Source: Lachnospiraceae bacterium (lineage in GTDB: Bacteria; Bacillota; Clostridia; Lachnospirales; Lachnospiraceae). From it: a stretch of DNA of 64,000 bases. A program made the translations under genes and the position numbers. The stretch lies in NCBI GenBank assembly GCA_045617745.1, contig JAZLJG010000186.1:3445-67444 (forward strand), in the 5' to 3' direction. Below are positions 40,335 through 49,678 of the stretch, one piece after another; the first letter of the stretch is position 1; each line of letters opens with the position of its first letter. The notes under the pieces are model-generated. The model made no database searches. It had not been told where the DNA came from and was given only the letters and a program-made list of their open reading frames with translations.

Positions 40335-40340
40335 TCCGAA

Positions 40341-41099
40341 GTGATCAGCTTATACGACAGAGCAGATATATACGATCTTCTGGAGAACGAAGAACGTTTC
40401 CTGGCCTACAAAGAGCACTGGAAAACAATTTTTAAAGATAAAGATATAAAGACTATGCTGGATGTGAGCATAGGTTCCGGAAGTGTAACACTTCCGGTGG
40501 TGGATTTAGGGGTTAAGCTTAAAGGCTCCGACCTTAGTGAAGAAATGCTTAAAAACTGCACAAAGAAAGCAAAAGCTTCAGGCAGGAAAATAGAGCTCAA
40601 ATGCAGTGATTTCAGAGATTTGTCCTGCTTTGGGGATGAAACTTTTGATCTGGTGGCAAGTACTGGAAATTCCTTAGGGTATGTAGATAACGAGGATATT
40701 CTTAAAACCCTGGAGCAGATGGACAAGCATGTTAAAAAGGGTGGGTATCTGTATTTCGACTCCAGAAACTGGGAGAAAATAAAAAAACAGAATCAGAGGT
40801 TTTATTTCTATAATCCGGTTTTTGTGGGTGAAGACCGTGTAAATATGGTACAGCTGTGGGATTTCAATTCAGATGGCACCATGACGTTTAATATTGCATA
40901 CACCTTTGAAAGGGATAATCAGATTTTCCAGAAGGAACTGTTTAAAGAGCATTATCATCCTTTTTCCAAGGAACTTGCGGTAGAGAAACTGAAGAAGCTT
41001 GGCTATGAGAATATAGAGATTTTTTGTTTCCCCGCGCAGTTTCCTATGGTGGAGTTTGAGCGGATTGAATGGTATTCGGTGATGGCAAAAAAGGCTTGA
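40341..41099 (+). CDS. Class I SAM-dependent methyltransferase
   Basis: LDVSIGSG, GSDLSEEML, DFR, GNSL, KGG. Confidence 0.85.
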   Translation: MISLYDRADIYDLLENEERFLAYKEHWKTIFKDKDIKTMLDVSIGSGSVTLPVVDLGVKLKGSDLSEEMLKNCTKKAKASGRKIELKCSDFRDLSCFGDETFDLVASTGNSLGYVDNEDILKTLEQMDKHVKKGGYLYFDSRNWEKIKKQNQRFYFYNPVFVGEDRVNMVQLWDFNSDGTMTFNIAYTFERDNQIFQKELFKEHYHPFSKELAVEKLKKLGYENIEIFCFPAQFPMVEFERIEWYSVMAKKA

Positions 41100-41100
41100 G

Positions 41101-42318
41101 ATGGAAAAATTAACTGCGGAATTTACCAAAAGTATGCGTAAAACCCATACCATATATATGCCCCAGATGCTTCATTATCACAATGAGCTTCTTTGTGCTG
41201 CATTTGCGTATGGAGGGTATCATCTGGAGGTGGTTCCGGAGCATCAGGAGTTTATTAAAGAGACATACAGCAGCATCGGAAAGGATTACTGCACCTGTGC
41301 TTTTGGCATTGTGGGCAATATTATGACCTTCGTGAAGGAGCAGGGCTGTAATACCGATAATATCGCCTTTCTGGAGCCACAGGCAGGGGGTGCGTGCAGG
41401 GCAGGAAACTATTATAACCTTATAATCGAATGCCTTAAGAAAATGGACTGTGGGCACATTCCGGTACTTAGCCTGAACTTTCAGGGAAAGGAGACTCACG
41501 AGGGATTTACCATTAATCCCAAAATGTTTTTCGGGGCAGTTGCGGCGGTATGTTACGGAGACATTCTGATGACAATAGCCCAACAGGTAAGGCCCTATGA
41601 GGTGAATCCCGGGGAAACGGAAGCCCTCAGGATGAAATGGGTAAGCAAGCTTTCGGAAGATATTGCACACGGGAAAAATGTTTATAAGAGAAAGAAAATC
41701 TACAGAGAAATAGCGGAAAGCTTTTCTGCGATTTCTGTGGATAAAACCCGCAAAAAGACTAAAGTGGGAATTGTGGGGGAAATATATATTAAGTTTTCGC
41801 CGGTGGGAAATTTCCATTTGGAGGATTTTCTTTATGATAACAACTGCGACATTCGCCAGGGCGGGTTCTTAAATTAATGCTCATATGTGGTTTTGAGCGA
41901 GGAGAAGACAAGCAGTCTTAACGGCAAGAATCCTTTGTATATTGAGGCCTGTCGGAAGGTTCTGGATTATTTTTGCAGGATTCAGAAAGAATTTAATGAA
42001 GTCATAACCGAATTCGGTTACAAGTGCGACATGCCTTTTAAAGAGATGGAGAAGGCCAAAGGTAATATCCTTAGTGACCATTACAATATCGGAGACGGCT
42101 GGCTTATGGCAGGAGAGATTATTGATCTTTCAAAGCAGGGCTATGACAAGATAATGATAGTTCATCCCTTCGGATGCCTTGTCAGCCATGTGGGCGGAAG
42201 AGGAGTCATTAAAGAACTCAAGAAGATGCTTCCGGGCACGAAGATTACTTCGGTGGAATTTGATATAGACCAGGCGAAGACTTTGCGGGAAAGCCGCATA
42301 TTAATGGCTATTGTTTAA
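41101..42318 (+). pseudogene. 2-hydroxyacyl-CoA dehydratase/activator-associated protein split by one in-frame TAA (41875-41877)
   Basis: ORFs 41101-41877 and 41887-42318 are in the same frame (...GGFLN*CSYVV...); GGACRAGNY, VGEIYIK, GDGWL, PFGCL..HV.GRG motifs span both parts. Confidence 0.75.
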
Positions 42319-42366
42319 TGAATTTGCAATGTGATATATGCAGAAATATGTGAGGATAAATAAATA

Positions 42367-42751
42367 TCATCGAAGACTTATTATTTGAGTGAATTCGATG
42401 ATATTTTTTTGTGCAATTTCGAAATGGTCATCGACATTTTTCTATTTTCTTTTTCTCGATGACGATAATTCGATAATAAAAAAGAATTGTCATCGAAAAG
42501 GAATAAAGAAAACAAAATCGATGACATTTTTTTGTGTTTTTTCTTTTTGGGGGATAACAATGATTCGTTTTCGCGTTACAAAATCGTTTTTTGTCATCGG
42601 AAAAGCATTGAATTGTTTCTTGCGATGACAAACTGAAAAGAACAATATTTTTTGGTCATCGGAGATGAATGCTTTTAAGAATTGCGATGACTTTTTGAAA
42701 AAATATTTTTTTTGAATCATCGAAAATAGATTGGCGTTAGGTTATCGATGA
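42367..42751. repeat. Array of six TCATCG-N23-CGATGA inverted-repeat units
   Basis: Left halves at 42367, 42428, 42490, 42594, 42656, 42717; right halves at 42396, 42457, 42519, 42623, 42685, 42746. Confidence 0.9.
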
Positions 42752-42780
42752 AAAAAGAGCCACCCGAAACCGGGTGGCTC
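42751..42780 (-). terminator. aspS terminator
   Basis: GAGCCACCCG/CGGGTGGCTC stem with A6 on the left (T6 on minus strand). Confidence 0.85.
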
Positions 42781-42793
42781 AAACTATATCATA

Positions 42794-44155
42794 TTAAGGT
42801 GTAAGGTGTGAAGGTCCTCTGAATAAGAACATTGCTTCCTTAATGGGAAGACCTAACATAAGCATTGTGAGACGGTCAATACCAAGGCCGAATCCGCCGT
42901 GAGGAGGACAGCCGTATTTGAAGAATTCAAGGTAGAACTTAACGTCTTCGCCAAGGCCTTTCTCGTCTGCCTGTGCTTTAAGGATGTCATATCTGTGCTC
43001 ACGCTGTGCGCCGGTGGTGATTTCTACGCCGCGCCAGATAAGGTCGTAACCCTGGGGAACGCCCTTTTCGTCGCGCATATGATAGAAGGCTCTCTTTTCT
43101 GCGCTGTAGTCTGTGATGAATAAGAATTCATGGCCGTAGTGCTTCTTAACCCACTGGTAGGAAAGTCTTTCAGCTTCGGTGGTAAGGTCGCCTTTTTCGG
43201 AATCGGGAACAGTGTATCCGAATTCCTCTTCAAGTGCCTTGTAAAGGTCGGCAAGCTTTACTCTGGGGAAAGGAGTGGTGGGAACAATGATTTCTGCATC
43301 AAACTCTTCTGTGGAGAAAAGCTCTTTAATCTTGTCACCGTATTTTTCCTTAACGGTCTTTAATGCATATGTAACTAGGTTTTCTTCCATGGTCATTACA
43401 TCTTCAAAGGAGTTGATGTAAGAGAACTCAAGGTCGAAACATGTAAACTCGGTTGCGTGCTTACTGGTGAATGACTTTTCAGCACGGAATACGGGGCCTA
43501 CTTCGAAAATCTTTTCAAAGCCTGATGCCATGGCCATCTGTTTGTAGAACTGAGGGCTTTGTGCAAGGTAAGCGTTGGGAAGATTGTAGTTAGGGAAGTA
43601 GTCAAGTCTGAATACATCAGCGCCTGATTCGGAAGCTGCTGCAATAAGCTTGGGTGTGTGGATTTCTATAAAATCCTTGTCAAGTAAGAACTGGCGCATA
43701 GCACCTGTTAAAGCGGTCTGGGCCTTGAACATGAGCTGGTTCTGTTCTGTACGAAGGTCAATCCATCTGTAGTCGATTCTCTGGTCGATGGAGGAACGCT
43801 CTACGGCGGCTTTTTTCTTGGTGGCGGGAATGTATTCTCTTGCAATGGGTAAAGCGGCGGCAACAGATTCGATATCGATGGAAGAGGGGATGATTTCCAC
43901 TCCGCCAAGCTTAACGAAATCGCTTAATAAAACCTTACCTGTTACACGGACAACAGAGTCGGGAGTAATCTTAGAAAGGGTTTCTTCCCAGTCGGGATGA
44001 AGTTCCTTCTCGATTGTAACCTGAACCTTGCCTGTGATGTCCTTAAGAACCATAAATGCCATTGCCTTACCATCACGGTAATTATCTACAAATCCGGCAA
44101 GAGATACTTCTTTGTCGGCGTATTCTTTGACATTTTCAATGTAAATTCTGTCCAT
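42794..44155 (-). CDS. aspS: Aspartyl-tRNA synthetase, short archaeal-type, probably non-discriminating
   Basis: OB-fold N-terminus, R.DYRWIDLR, QSPQFYKQ, FRAE, GAQREH, PPHGGFGLGIDR; no bacterial GAD insert. Confidence 0.92.
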   Translation of the reverse strand: MDRIYIENVKEYADKEVSLAGFVDNYRDGKAMAFMVLKDITGKVQVTIEKELHPDWEETLSKITPDSVVRVTGKVLLSDFVKLGGVEIIPSSIDIESVAAALPIAREYIPATKKKAAVERSSIDQRIDYRWIDLRTEQNQLMFKAQTALTGAMRQFLLDKDFIEIHTPKLIAAASESGADVFRLDYFPNYNLPNAYLAQSPQFYKQMAMASGFEKIFEVGPVFRAEKSFTSKHATEFTCFDLEFSYINSFEDVMTMEENLVTYALKTVKEKYGDKIKELFSTEEFDAEIIVPTTPFPRVKLADLYKALEEEFGYTVPDSEKGDLTTEAERLSYQWVKKHYGHEFLFITDYSAEKRAFYHMRDEKGVPQGYDLIWRGVEITTGAQREHRYDILKAQADEKGLGEDVKFYLEFFKYGCPPHGGFGLGIDRLTMLMLGLPIKEAMFLFRGPSHLTP

Positions 44156-44194
44156 TTGTAAACCTTCTTTCTGTGGGTTAAATCAATCTCTAAT

Positions 44195-44223
44195 AGCATA
44201 TATCCATAAAAGTAAAAAGTCAA
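44195..44223 (-). promoter_or_regulatory. Putative aspS promoter
   Basis: TTGACT-17bp-TATGCT on minus strand. Confidence 0.5.
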
Positions 44224-44224
44224 T

Positions 44225-44254
44225 AAAAGCTCCGACTGTTGAGCCGGAGCTTTT
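44225..44254 (-). terminator. Rho-independent terminator
   Basis: AAAAGCTCCG/CGGAGCTTTT just after the kinase stop codon. Confidence 0.7.
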
Positions 44255-44259
44255 GATAG

Positions 44260-46419
44260 TTACTGTATGATTTTTTCGGGAGGAGAGAGCTTTCGTACCA
44301 TTTCCACGAATTTGTGCAAATCGATGGGTTTTGTTATGAAGTTTTCTACCTCAACATCCTTGAAGGCATCCCTTGCTTCGTTCATGGCGTTTGCGGTAAG
44401 GGCAACGTATTTTGCGGTTTTGTAGTAACCGTCGAATACGGGAAGATCCTTCATCTGCTGGATAGTTTCGATACCATCCATTTCGGGCATCAGGTGGTCC
44501 ATAAAGATAATATCGTATTTCTTCTCCATGGCTTTGCCGATGGCTTCCTTACCGGACATCGCTGTGTCTATCTTAGGCTGTAACGGCTTTAAAAGCCCCT
44601 TGGCGACGATAAGGTTGGTGGTGTTATCATCTACTATTAGGATTTCCAGATCGGGAACGGTGAAGGAAGTTATGGCTGAACCGGTGTCTTCAGTATCCGA
44701 ATCGATGCTGTCCATATGAGTGCTGTCCACGATTTTCTGAGGAAGCGAGAAGATAAAGGTGGTTCCTTTTTCGTATTCGCTTTCTACAGTAAGCGTTCCG
44801 CCCATAAGGTCTGCAAGCATTTTACATATTGCAAGTCCGAGACCGGTTCCTTCCTTTTCACGGTTTCTTGTGGTATCAACCTGGGAGAAGGAGTTGAAGA
44901 GCTTTCCTATGTCCTCGGGCTTAATACCCATTCCCGTATCTCTTACGATAAAATCGATATTTACCGTATCCTCATCACGGTCCGTGATACGTACCAAAAG
45001 CTTTACGTAGCCTTTTTCCGTAAATTTCACTGCGTTGTTCAGAAGATTTATAAGTATCTGTTTTACACGGATATCATCACCGTAAAGCCGTTTGGGCATA
45101 TCCGGATCTACATCCACTATAAGCGAAACATCCGGAGAGGTTATACGGTTCTGGATAATCATTTTTACGTTTTTGAAAAGCTTTCTTGTGGAGTATTCCA
45201 CAGGAATAATGGACATGTTACCCGAATCAATCTTCGAGTAGTCCAGAATATCATTGACTATGGAGACCAAAGAAGATCCCGCGTAGTTAATGGAGTTTAC
45301 GTATTCCTTCTGTTCATCCGTAAGCTCGGTGTTTAAAAGAATGTCTGACATACCGATTACCGCATTCATGGGAGTACGGATTTCGTGGGACATGTTTGCT
45401 AAGAATGCTGATTTTTTATGTGCTTCGCTTAATGCCACATCCTTAGCGTTTCGTTCCTTACGGATATTCCTTGAAAGGAACGCTGCCACTATGCAGAACA
45501 CCAGAATTACAATCGCCGAAAACTTGAAAGCCTGTGAGGCAGAGTTGTTGGCAAAAGAAAATAGGTCGTTTTCCTTGAAAACATTGAGAACTGCCCAGTT
45601 ATAATCGGGAAGGGTGTTATAGGCCACAATGTACTTTTCGCCCTTGTCTTCGTAGGTGTAGTCTCCAAGCTCAGGTGACTGGGTGCTCTTTATGTAGCGG
45701 ATGGTGTCATATAAAGGTCCTTCGGGAACATCGGCTCCTAACTTATTATCAAATTTGGTGTAAACAAAGGTGTTTTCACTGAGGTTTATGATATAGAAGT
45801 CGGATTGTACACTTGAAGAAACAGAGATACGTTCCATCAACTGTTTCAAACCTTCAATGTAAGGGCCACCGCCTACGTAACCAATGATTTTGCCGTTATC
45901 GTAAACGGGACAGTACATGGAAAGAAGAAGTCTTCCGGATGCGGGAGAAGTAATGTAACCTGCATTGTAAAGTCCTCTTGCGTCTTCCATACTTTTTACA
46001 AGCTGAAGGGCTCCCTTGTTTGCTCTGGTTACCATTCCGACATGGTTTACTTCGGAATGGGTGAGTACCTTGGTTTGAGGAGTCGCAACATATAAACCTT
46101 CCCAGTAAGCAAGATATCTGAAATAGATTATGTTGTATTCCTGGACTTTATCCACAAGTTCCGGATTATAGGGGTCCAAAAGAAGCCTTTTAATGTCCGG
46201 GTGGGTACTAAAAAGCCTGAGAGAAGCTTCTTCTTTGTTGAAGTATTCTTCTATGGAAGAAGCACGGGAAGCAAGTTCGGCGTGCATACCTGTCAAGGTT
46301 CGCTGCTTCGCTCCTGAGGATATTTTCTTTCCAATGAAAACTACAGCAAGTCCTGTGGAAAGAATTACTATAATTATTACTAAAATAATAAAAACACTGC
46401 TGGATTTACGCTTTTTCAT
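44260..46419 (-). CDS. Hybrid histidine kinase with Cache-like extracellular domain
   Basis: Two TMs flanking SPASGR...PV sensor domain; NMSHEIRTPMN, NAVKFT, DTGMGI, GTGLGL, MDHLMP. Confidence 0.92.
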   Translation of the reverse strand: MKKRKSSSVFIILVIIIVILSTGLAVVFIGKKISSGAKQRTLTGMHAELASRASSIEEYFNKEEASLRLFSTHPDIKRLLLDPYNPELVDKVQEYNIIYFRYLAYWEGLYVATPQTKVLTHSEVNHVGMVTRANKGALQLVKSMEDARGLYNAGYITSPASGRLLLSMYCPVYDNGKIIGYVGGGPYIEGLKQLMERISVSSSVQSDFYIINLSENTFVYTKFDNKLGADVPEGPLYDTIRYIKSTQSPELGDYTYEDKGEKYIVAYNTLPDYNWAVLNVFKENDLFSFANNSASQAFKFSAIVILVFCIVAAFLSRNIRKERNAKDVALSEAHKKSAFLANMSHEIRTPMNAVIGMSDILLNTELTDEQKEYVNSINYAGSSLVSIVNDILDYSKIDSGNMSIIPVEYSTRKLFKNVKMIIQNRITSPDVSLIVDVDPDMPKRLYGDDIRVKQILINLLNNAVKFTEKGYVKLLVRITDRDEDTVNIDFIVRDTGMGIKPEDIGKLFNSFSQVDTTRNREKEGTGLGLAICKMLADLMGGTLTVESEYEKGTTFIFSLPQKIVDSTHMDSIDSDTEDTGSAITSFTVPDLEILIVDDNTTNLIVAKGLLKPLQPKIDTAMSGKEAIGKAMEKKYDIIFMDHLMPEMDGIETIQQMKDLPVFDGYYKTAKYVALTANAMNEARDAFKDVEVENFITKPIDLHKFVEMVRKLSPPEKIIQ

Positions 46420-46462
46420 GGCTTAATCCTAACAGTGTTTCATTAATCATCAGTTAAAATCA

Positions 46463-47083
46463 TTATTTTTGTAACTTAACGTTCATATAGGCTTTGATTT
46501 CTTCCACACATTTATCAAAACCAAGCTTTGAAGAGTCGAGGCACAAATCGTAGTTTCTGGCGTCTGTCCATTCACGACCTGTGTGGTTTTTATAATATTC
46601 GGCTCTTTCTTTGTCTATTCTGGCAATGTACTTTTCCAGGTCTTTGCCTTTTTTGGAAACCTTTTTAGCAGCCTGCTCTAATAAAAACCACTGGGGAGCA
46701 TGAACGAATACGGATATAACATCGTCCCTGTCCTTTAAAATGTAGTCTGCAGCACGGCCGATTATGATGCAGGATTCCTTTTCAGCAAGTTCTCTGATAA
46801 TCTTGGCCTGATAGTTAAAGAGGTTCTCTTCGCTGTTGAAGTTCTTGTCGGAAGGAGAGAGTACCTCGCCGCCGTAGTTTTTCTTCTTGAAGCGTTTGAA
46901 AATGTTTTTGGACTTTTCATCTGCGTCAGCGAAAAGAGCAATATTGATACCGCTTTCTTCACTGGCTTTTATGATAAGGTCTTTGTCGTAGTATTCCACA
47001 CCAAGTTCTTTGGCAAGCATCTGTCCGACGGTACGTCCGCCGGAGCCGTACTGACGTGCAATTGTAATAACGAACTTTTCCAT
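46463..47083 (-). CDS. Cytidylate kinase-like family protein
   Basis: ITIARQYGSGGR, IIGRAADYIL, YDLCLDS. Confidence 0.85.
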   Translation of the reverse strand: MEKFVITIARQYGSGGRTVGQMLAKELGVEYYDKDLIIKASEESGINIALFADADEKSKNIFKRFKKKNYGGEVLSPSDKNFNSEENLFNYQAKIIRELAEKESCIIIGRAADYILKDRDDVISVFVHAPQWFLLEQAAKKVSKKGKDLEKYIARIDKERAEYYKNHTGREWTDARNYDLCLDSSKLGFDKCVEEIKAYMNVKLQK

Positions 47084-47085
47084 TT

Positions 47086-47796
47086 TTATTCCCCCAGATA
47101 AGCCTTTTTGATGGCGTCGTTGTTCATAAGGTCCTTTGCATTTCCTTCAAGAACAATGTTGCCCGTTTCCAATACATAAGCCCTGTCGGCAATTGCAAGG
47201 GCTTTCTTCGCATTCTGTTCTACCAAAAGAACGGTGGTGCCCTGTGCACTTACCTCTTTTATTATATCAAAAATTTCGTTAACGAAAATAGGTGAAAGCC
47301 CCATTGAAGGCTCGTCCATAAGAATAATGGAAGGGTGGCTCATAAGTGCACGGCCCATGGCAAGCATCTGCTGCTCACCGCCCGAAAGTGTTCCGGCCAG
47401 CTGGTTTTTACGTTCCGCAAGTCTGGGGAAACGCTTGTAAACCATTTCAAGGGTTTCTTCGATCTCTTTTTTGTCTTTTCTGGTGTAAGCACCCATTTTC
47501 AAATTCTGTAAAACAGTAAGCTCCTGGAAAACACGACGGCCTTCGGGAACGTGTGCCATACCCATGGATACGATTTTGAATCCGGGGGTTTTGGTGATAT
47601 CTTTGCCTTCAAAAGTCACTGTACCTTCCGAAGGAGCGATAAGTCCGCTTACGGTGTGTAAGATGGTAGTTTTGCCGGCTCCGTTAGCTCCGATAAGTGC
47701 TATAACTTCGCCTTTGTTTACTTCAAAATCTATGCCCTTTATGGCTTCAATTACACCGTAGTGAACGTGTAAATTCTTTACTTCCAACATTGCCAT
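47086..47796 (-). CDS. livF: Branched-chain amino acid ABC ATPase
   Basis: GANGAGKT, VPEGRRVF, LSGGEQQM, DEPSMGL. Confidence 0.95.
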   Translation of the reverse strand: MAMLEVKNLHVHYGVIEAIKGIDFEVNKGEVIALIGANGAGKTTILHTVSGLIAPSEGTVTFEGKDITKTPGFKIVSMGMAHVPEGRRVFQELTVLQNLKMGAYTRKDKKEIEETLEMVYKRFPRLAERKNQLAGTLSGGEQQMLAMGRALMSHPSIILMDEPSMGLSPIFVNEIFDIIKEVSAQGTTVLLVEQNAKKALAIADRAYVLETGNIVLEGNAKDLMNNDAIKKAYLGE

Positions 47797-47800
47797 GGTT

Positions 47801-48571
47801 TTATTCTCCTAAGTATGCGGTAATAACCTCGGGGTTATTAAGTACATCGCTTGTGTTTCCTTCTGCAAGAACACGGCCGAAGTTAAGGACCGTAAGTCTT
47901 TCACAGATTCCGGATACAAGCTTCATATCGTGCTCAATCAAAAGAATTGTCATACCGAATTCCTTACGGATAAAGGAAATGGTGTCCATAAGTTCTTTGG
48001 TTTCATTGGGGTTCATTCCTGCAGCAGGCTCGTCAAGAAGAAGGAGCTTGGGGTTTGTGGCAAGAGCTCTGGCAATTTCAAGCTTACGCTGTTTTCCGTA
48101 GGGAAGCTGGGAAGCCTTGAGATTTGCCGAACCGTCAAGATTGAAAACCTTAAGGAGAGAAAGGGCCTTTTCGTCCATTTCTTTCTCCACTTTTCTGTAC
48201 TTGGGAAGACGGAGAATTCCTTCAAGGGTAGAGTATTCATAAAGGTTATGAAGACCTACCTTAACGTTATCAAGAACGGAAAGGTCCTTGAAAAGACGTA
48301 TATTCTGGAAGGTTCTGGCAATTCCTGCCTTGTTTATTTCGATAGTGGATTTGGCGGTAATATCTTCACCGTCAAGCTTTATAATACCTTCACTGGGCTT
48401 GTAAACACCGGTAAGCAGATTGAAGGCTGTGGTTTTTCCTGCACCGTTGGGGCCGATAAGTCCGTAAAGTTCACCTTTGTTGATGGTAAGGTTTAAATCG
48501 TCTACGGCTCTTAAACCGCCGAACTGGATGGAAAGATTGTTTACTTCAAGCATTGGAGTATTTTCTGACAT
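47801..48571 (-). CDS. livG: Branched-chain amino acid ABC ATPase
   Basis: FGGL.AV, GPNGAGKT, RTFQN, LPYG.QR, DEPAAGMN, EHDM; ATG at 48571 overlaps livM stop. Confidence 0.95.
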   Translation of the reverse strand: MSENTPMLEVNNLSIQFGGLRAVDDLNLTINKGELYGLIGPNGAGKTTAFNLLTGVYKPSEGIIKLDGEDITAKSTIEINKAGIARTFQNIRLFKDLSVLDNVKVGLHNLYEYSTLEGILRLPKYRKVEKEMDEKALSLLKVFNLDGSANLKASQLPYGKQRKLEIARALATNPKLLLLDEPAAGMNPNETKELMDTISFIRKEFGMTILLIEHDMKLVSGICERLTVLNFGRVLAEGNTSDVLNNPEVITAYLGE

Positions 48572-49665
48572 TATTCGGTTACCTCCTTTGCGCTTTCTTT
48601 CTTTTTCCAAAATGTAAGTTTGGAGAGAAGCTTATCTCTAAAGTCTCTTGCTCCGGGTGCCCAGTTGAACAGCATCATTACTATAAGAACTATGGCGTAT
48701 ATAAGCATTCTGTAGTCATTTAAGAAACGAAGCTTTTCAGGCAAAAGAACCAGAATTACGGTTGCAATGATAGAACCGCGGATAGATCCGATTCCACCAA
48801 GTACCACATATACCAATATCATGATGGACATATTGTAGCCGAAGTTTTTACTGGTAGAAGTAAGTGTGGAAAGTGAATTGGCATATATAGCGCCTGCAAC
48901 ACCGGCCAGTGAAGCTGAAATGGTGAATGCTAAAAGCTTATAACCGGTAACATTAATTCCTATGGATTCTGCAGCAATTCTGTTGTCACGGATGGCCATT
49001 ACCGCACGTCCGGTACGGGAATTGATGAAGTTGAGTACAATAATAAGTGTAAGGATTACCAAAATGATGCTCATGGTAAAGGTGGCAACAGATGAAAGGC
49101 CTGTGATGCCAAGAGGACCGCTGATAATCATTTTGCCATCAGGCTCAAGACCCAAAGAAGCCTGGTCGGTTAAGGAAATGTGTAATCCCTTTGAGTCTGT
49201 TCCCACATAAATGGCGGAGCAGATGTTTTTTATGATTTCGCCGAATGCGAGAGTTACTATTGCAAGGTAGTCACCCTTTAATCTTAAAACCGGAATACCG
49301 ATTAGAAATCCGAATATGGCTGCTACTATAGCACCTGCAACGATACAGATAAAGAAGAGCAGGGGCTTTGAGTGTATTCCGGCGCCAAGTGTTTTGGCCA
49401 GAATACCGCTTGTAAAAGCACCAAGACACATGAAGCCTGCGTGTCCAAGACTTAATTCACCCAGAATACCTACAGTCAGGTTGAGTGATACTGCCATGAT
49501 GACGTAATAACAGAACTGTACCAGAAGGCCTTTTGTGGAATTGGACATTATTCCGGTCACAGCCATTGTCTGACAGATAATATAACCACCGATAACGATT
49601 GCAAAGGTTATAAGGTTTTGCTTAAAGGTGGGATTTTTCTTGATAGTATCTAATACTTTATTCAT
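48571..49665 (-). CDS. livM: Branched-chain amino acid ABC permease
   Basis: SLGHAGF, LRLKGDYLAIVTLAFGEI, GRA..AIRDN. Confidence 0.93.
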   Translation of the reverse strand: MNKVLDTIKKNPTFKQNLITFAIVIGGYIICQTMAVTGIMSNSTKGLLVQFCYYVIMAVSLNLTVGILGELSLGHAGFMCLGAFTSGILAKTLGAGIHSKPLLFFICIVAGAIVAAIFGFLIGIPVLRLKGDYLAIVTLAFGEIIKNICSAIYVGTDSKGLHISLTDQASLGLEPDGKMIISGPLGITGLSSVATFTMSIILVILTLIIVLNFINSRTGRAVMAIRDNRIAAESIGINVTGYKLLAFTISASLAGVAGAIYANSLSTLTSTSKNFGYNMSIMILVYVVLGGIGSIRGSIIATVILVLLPEKLRFLNDYRMLIYAIVLIVMMLFNWAPGARDFRDKLLSKLTFWKKKESAKEVTE

Positions 49666-49678
49666 TTTCTGTCCCTCC

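Noticed and set aside
41875-41877. Selenocysteine/pyrrolysine readthrough
   Set aside because: Stop is TAA, not TGA or TAG.
42389-42720. Short ORFs 42389-42628, 42428-42631, 42490-42720
   Set aside because: Low-complexity K/F-rich translations of A/T tracts, no RBS; a 61/62-bp period is not codon-compatible.
42367-42751. CRISPR array interpretation of the ~62-bp periodic repeat
   Set aside because: Conserved parts are only 6-7 bp half-sites, not 23-47 bp direct repeats; no cas genes in window.
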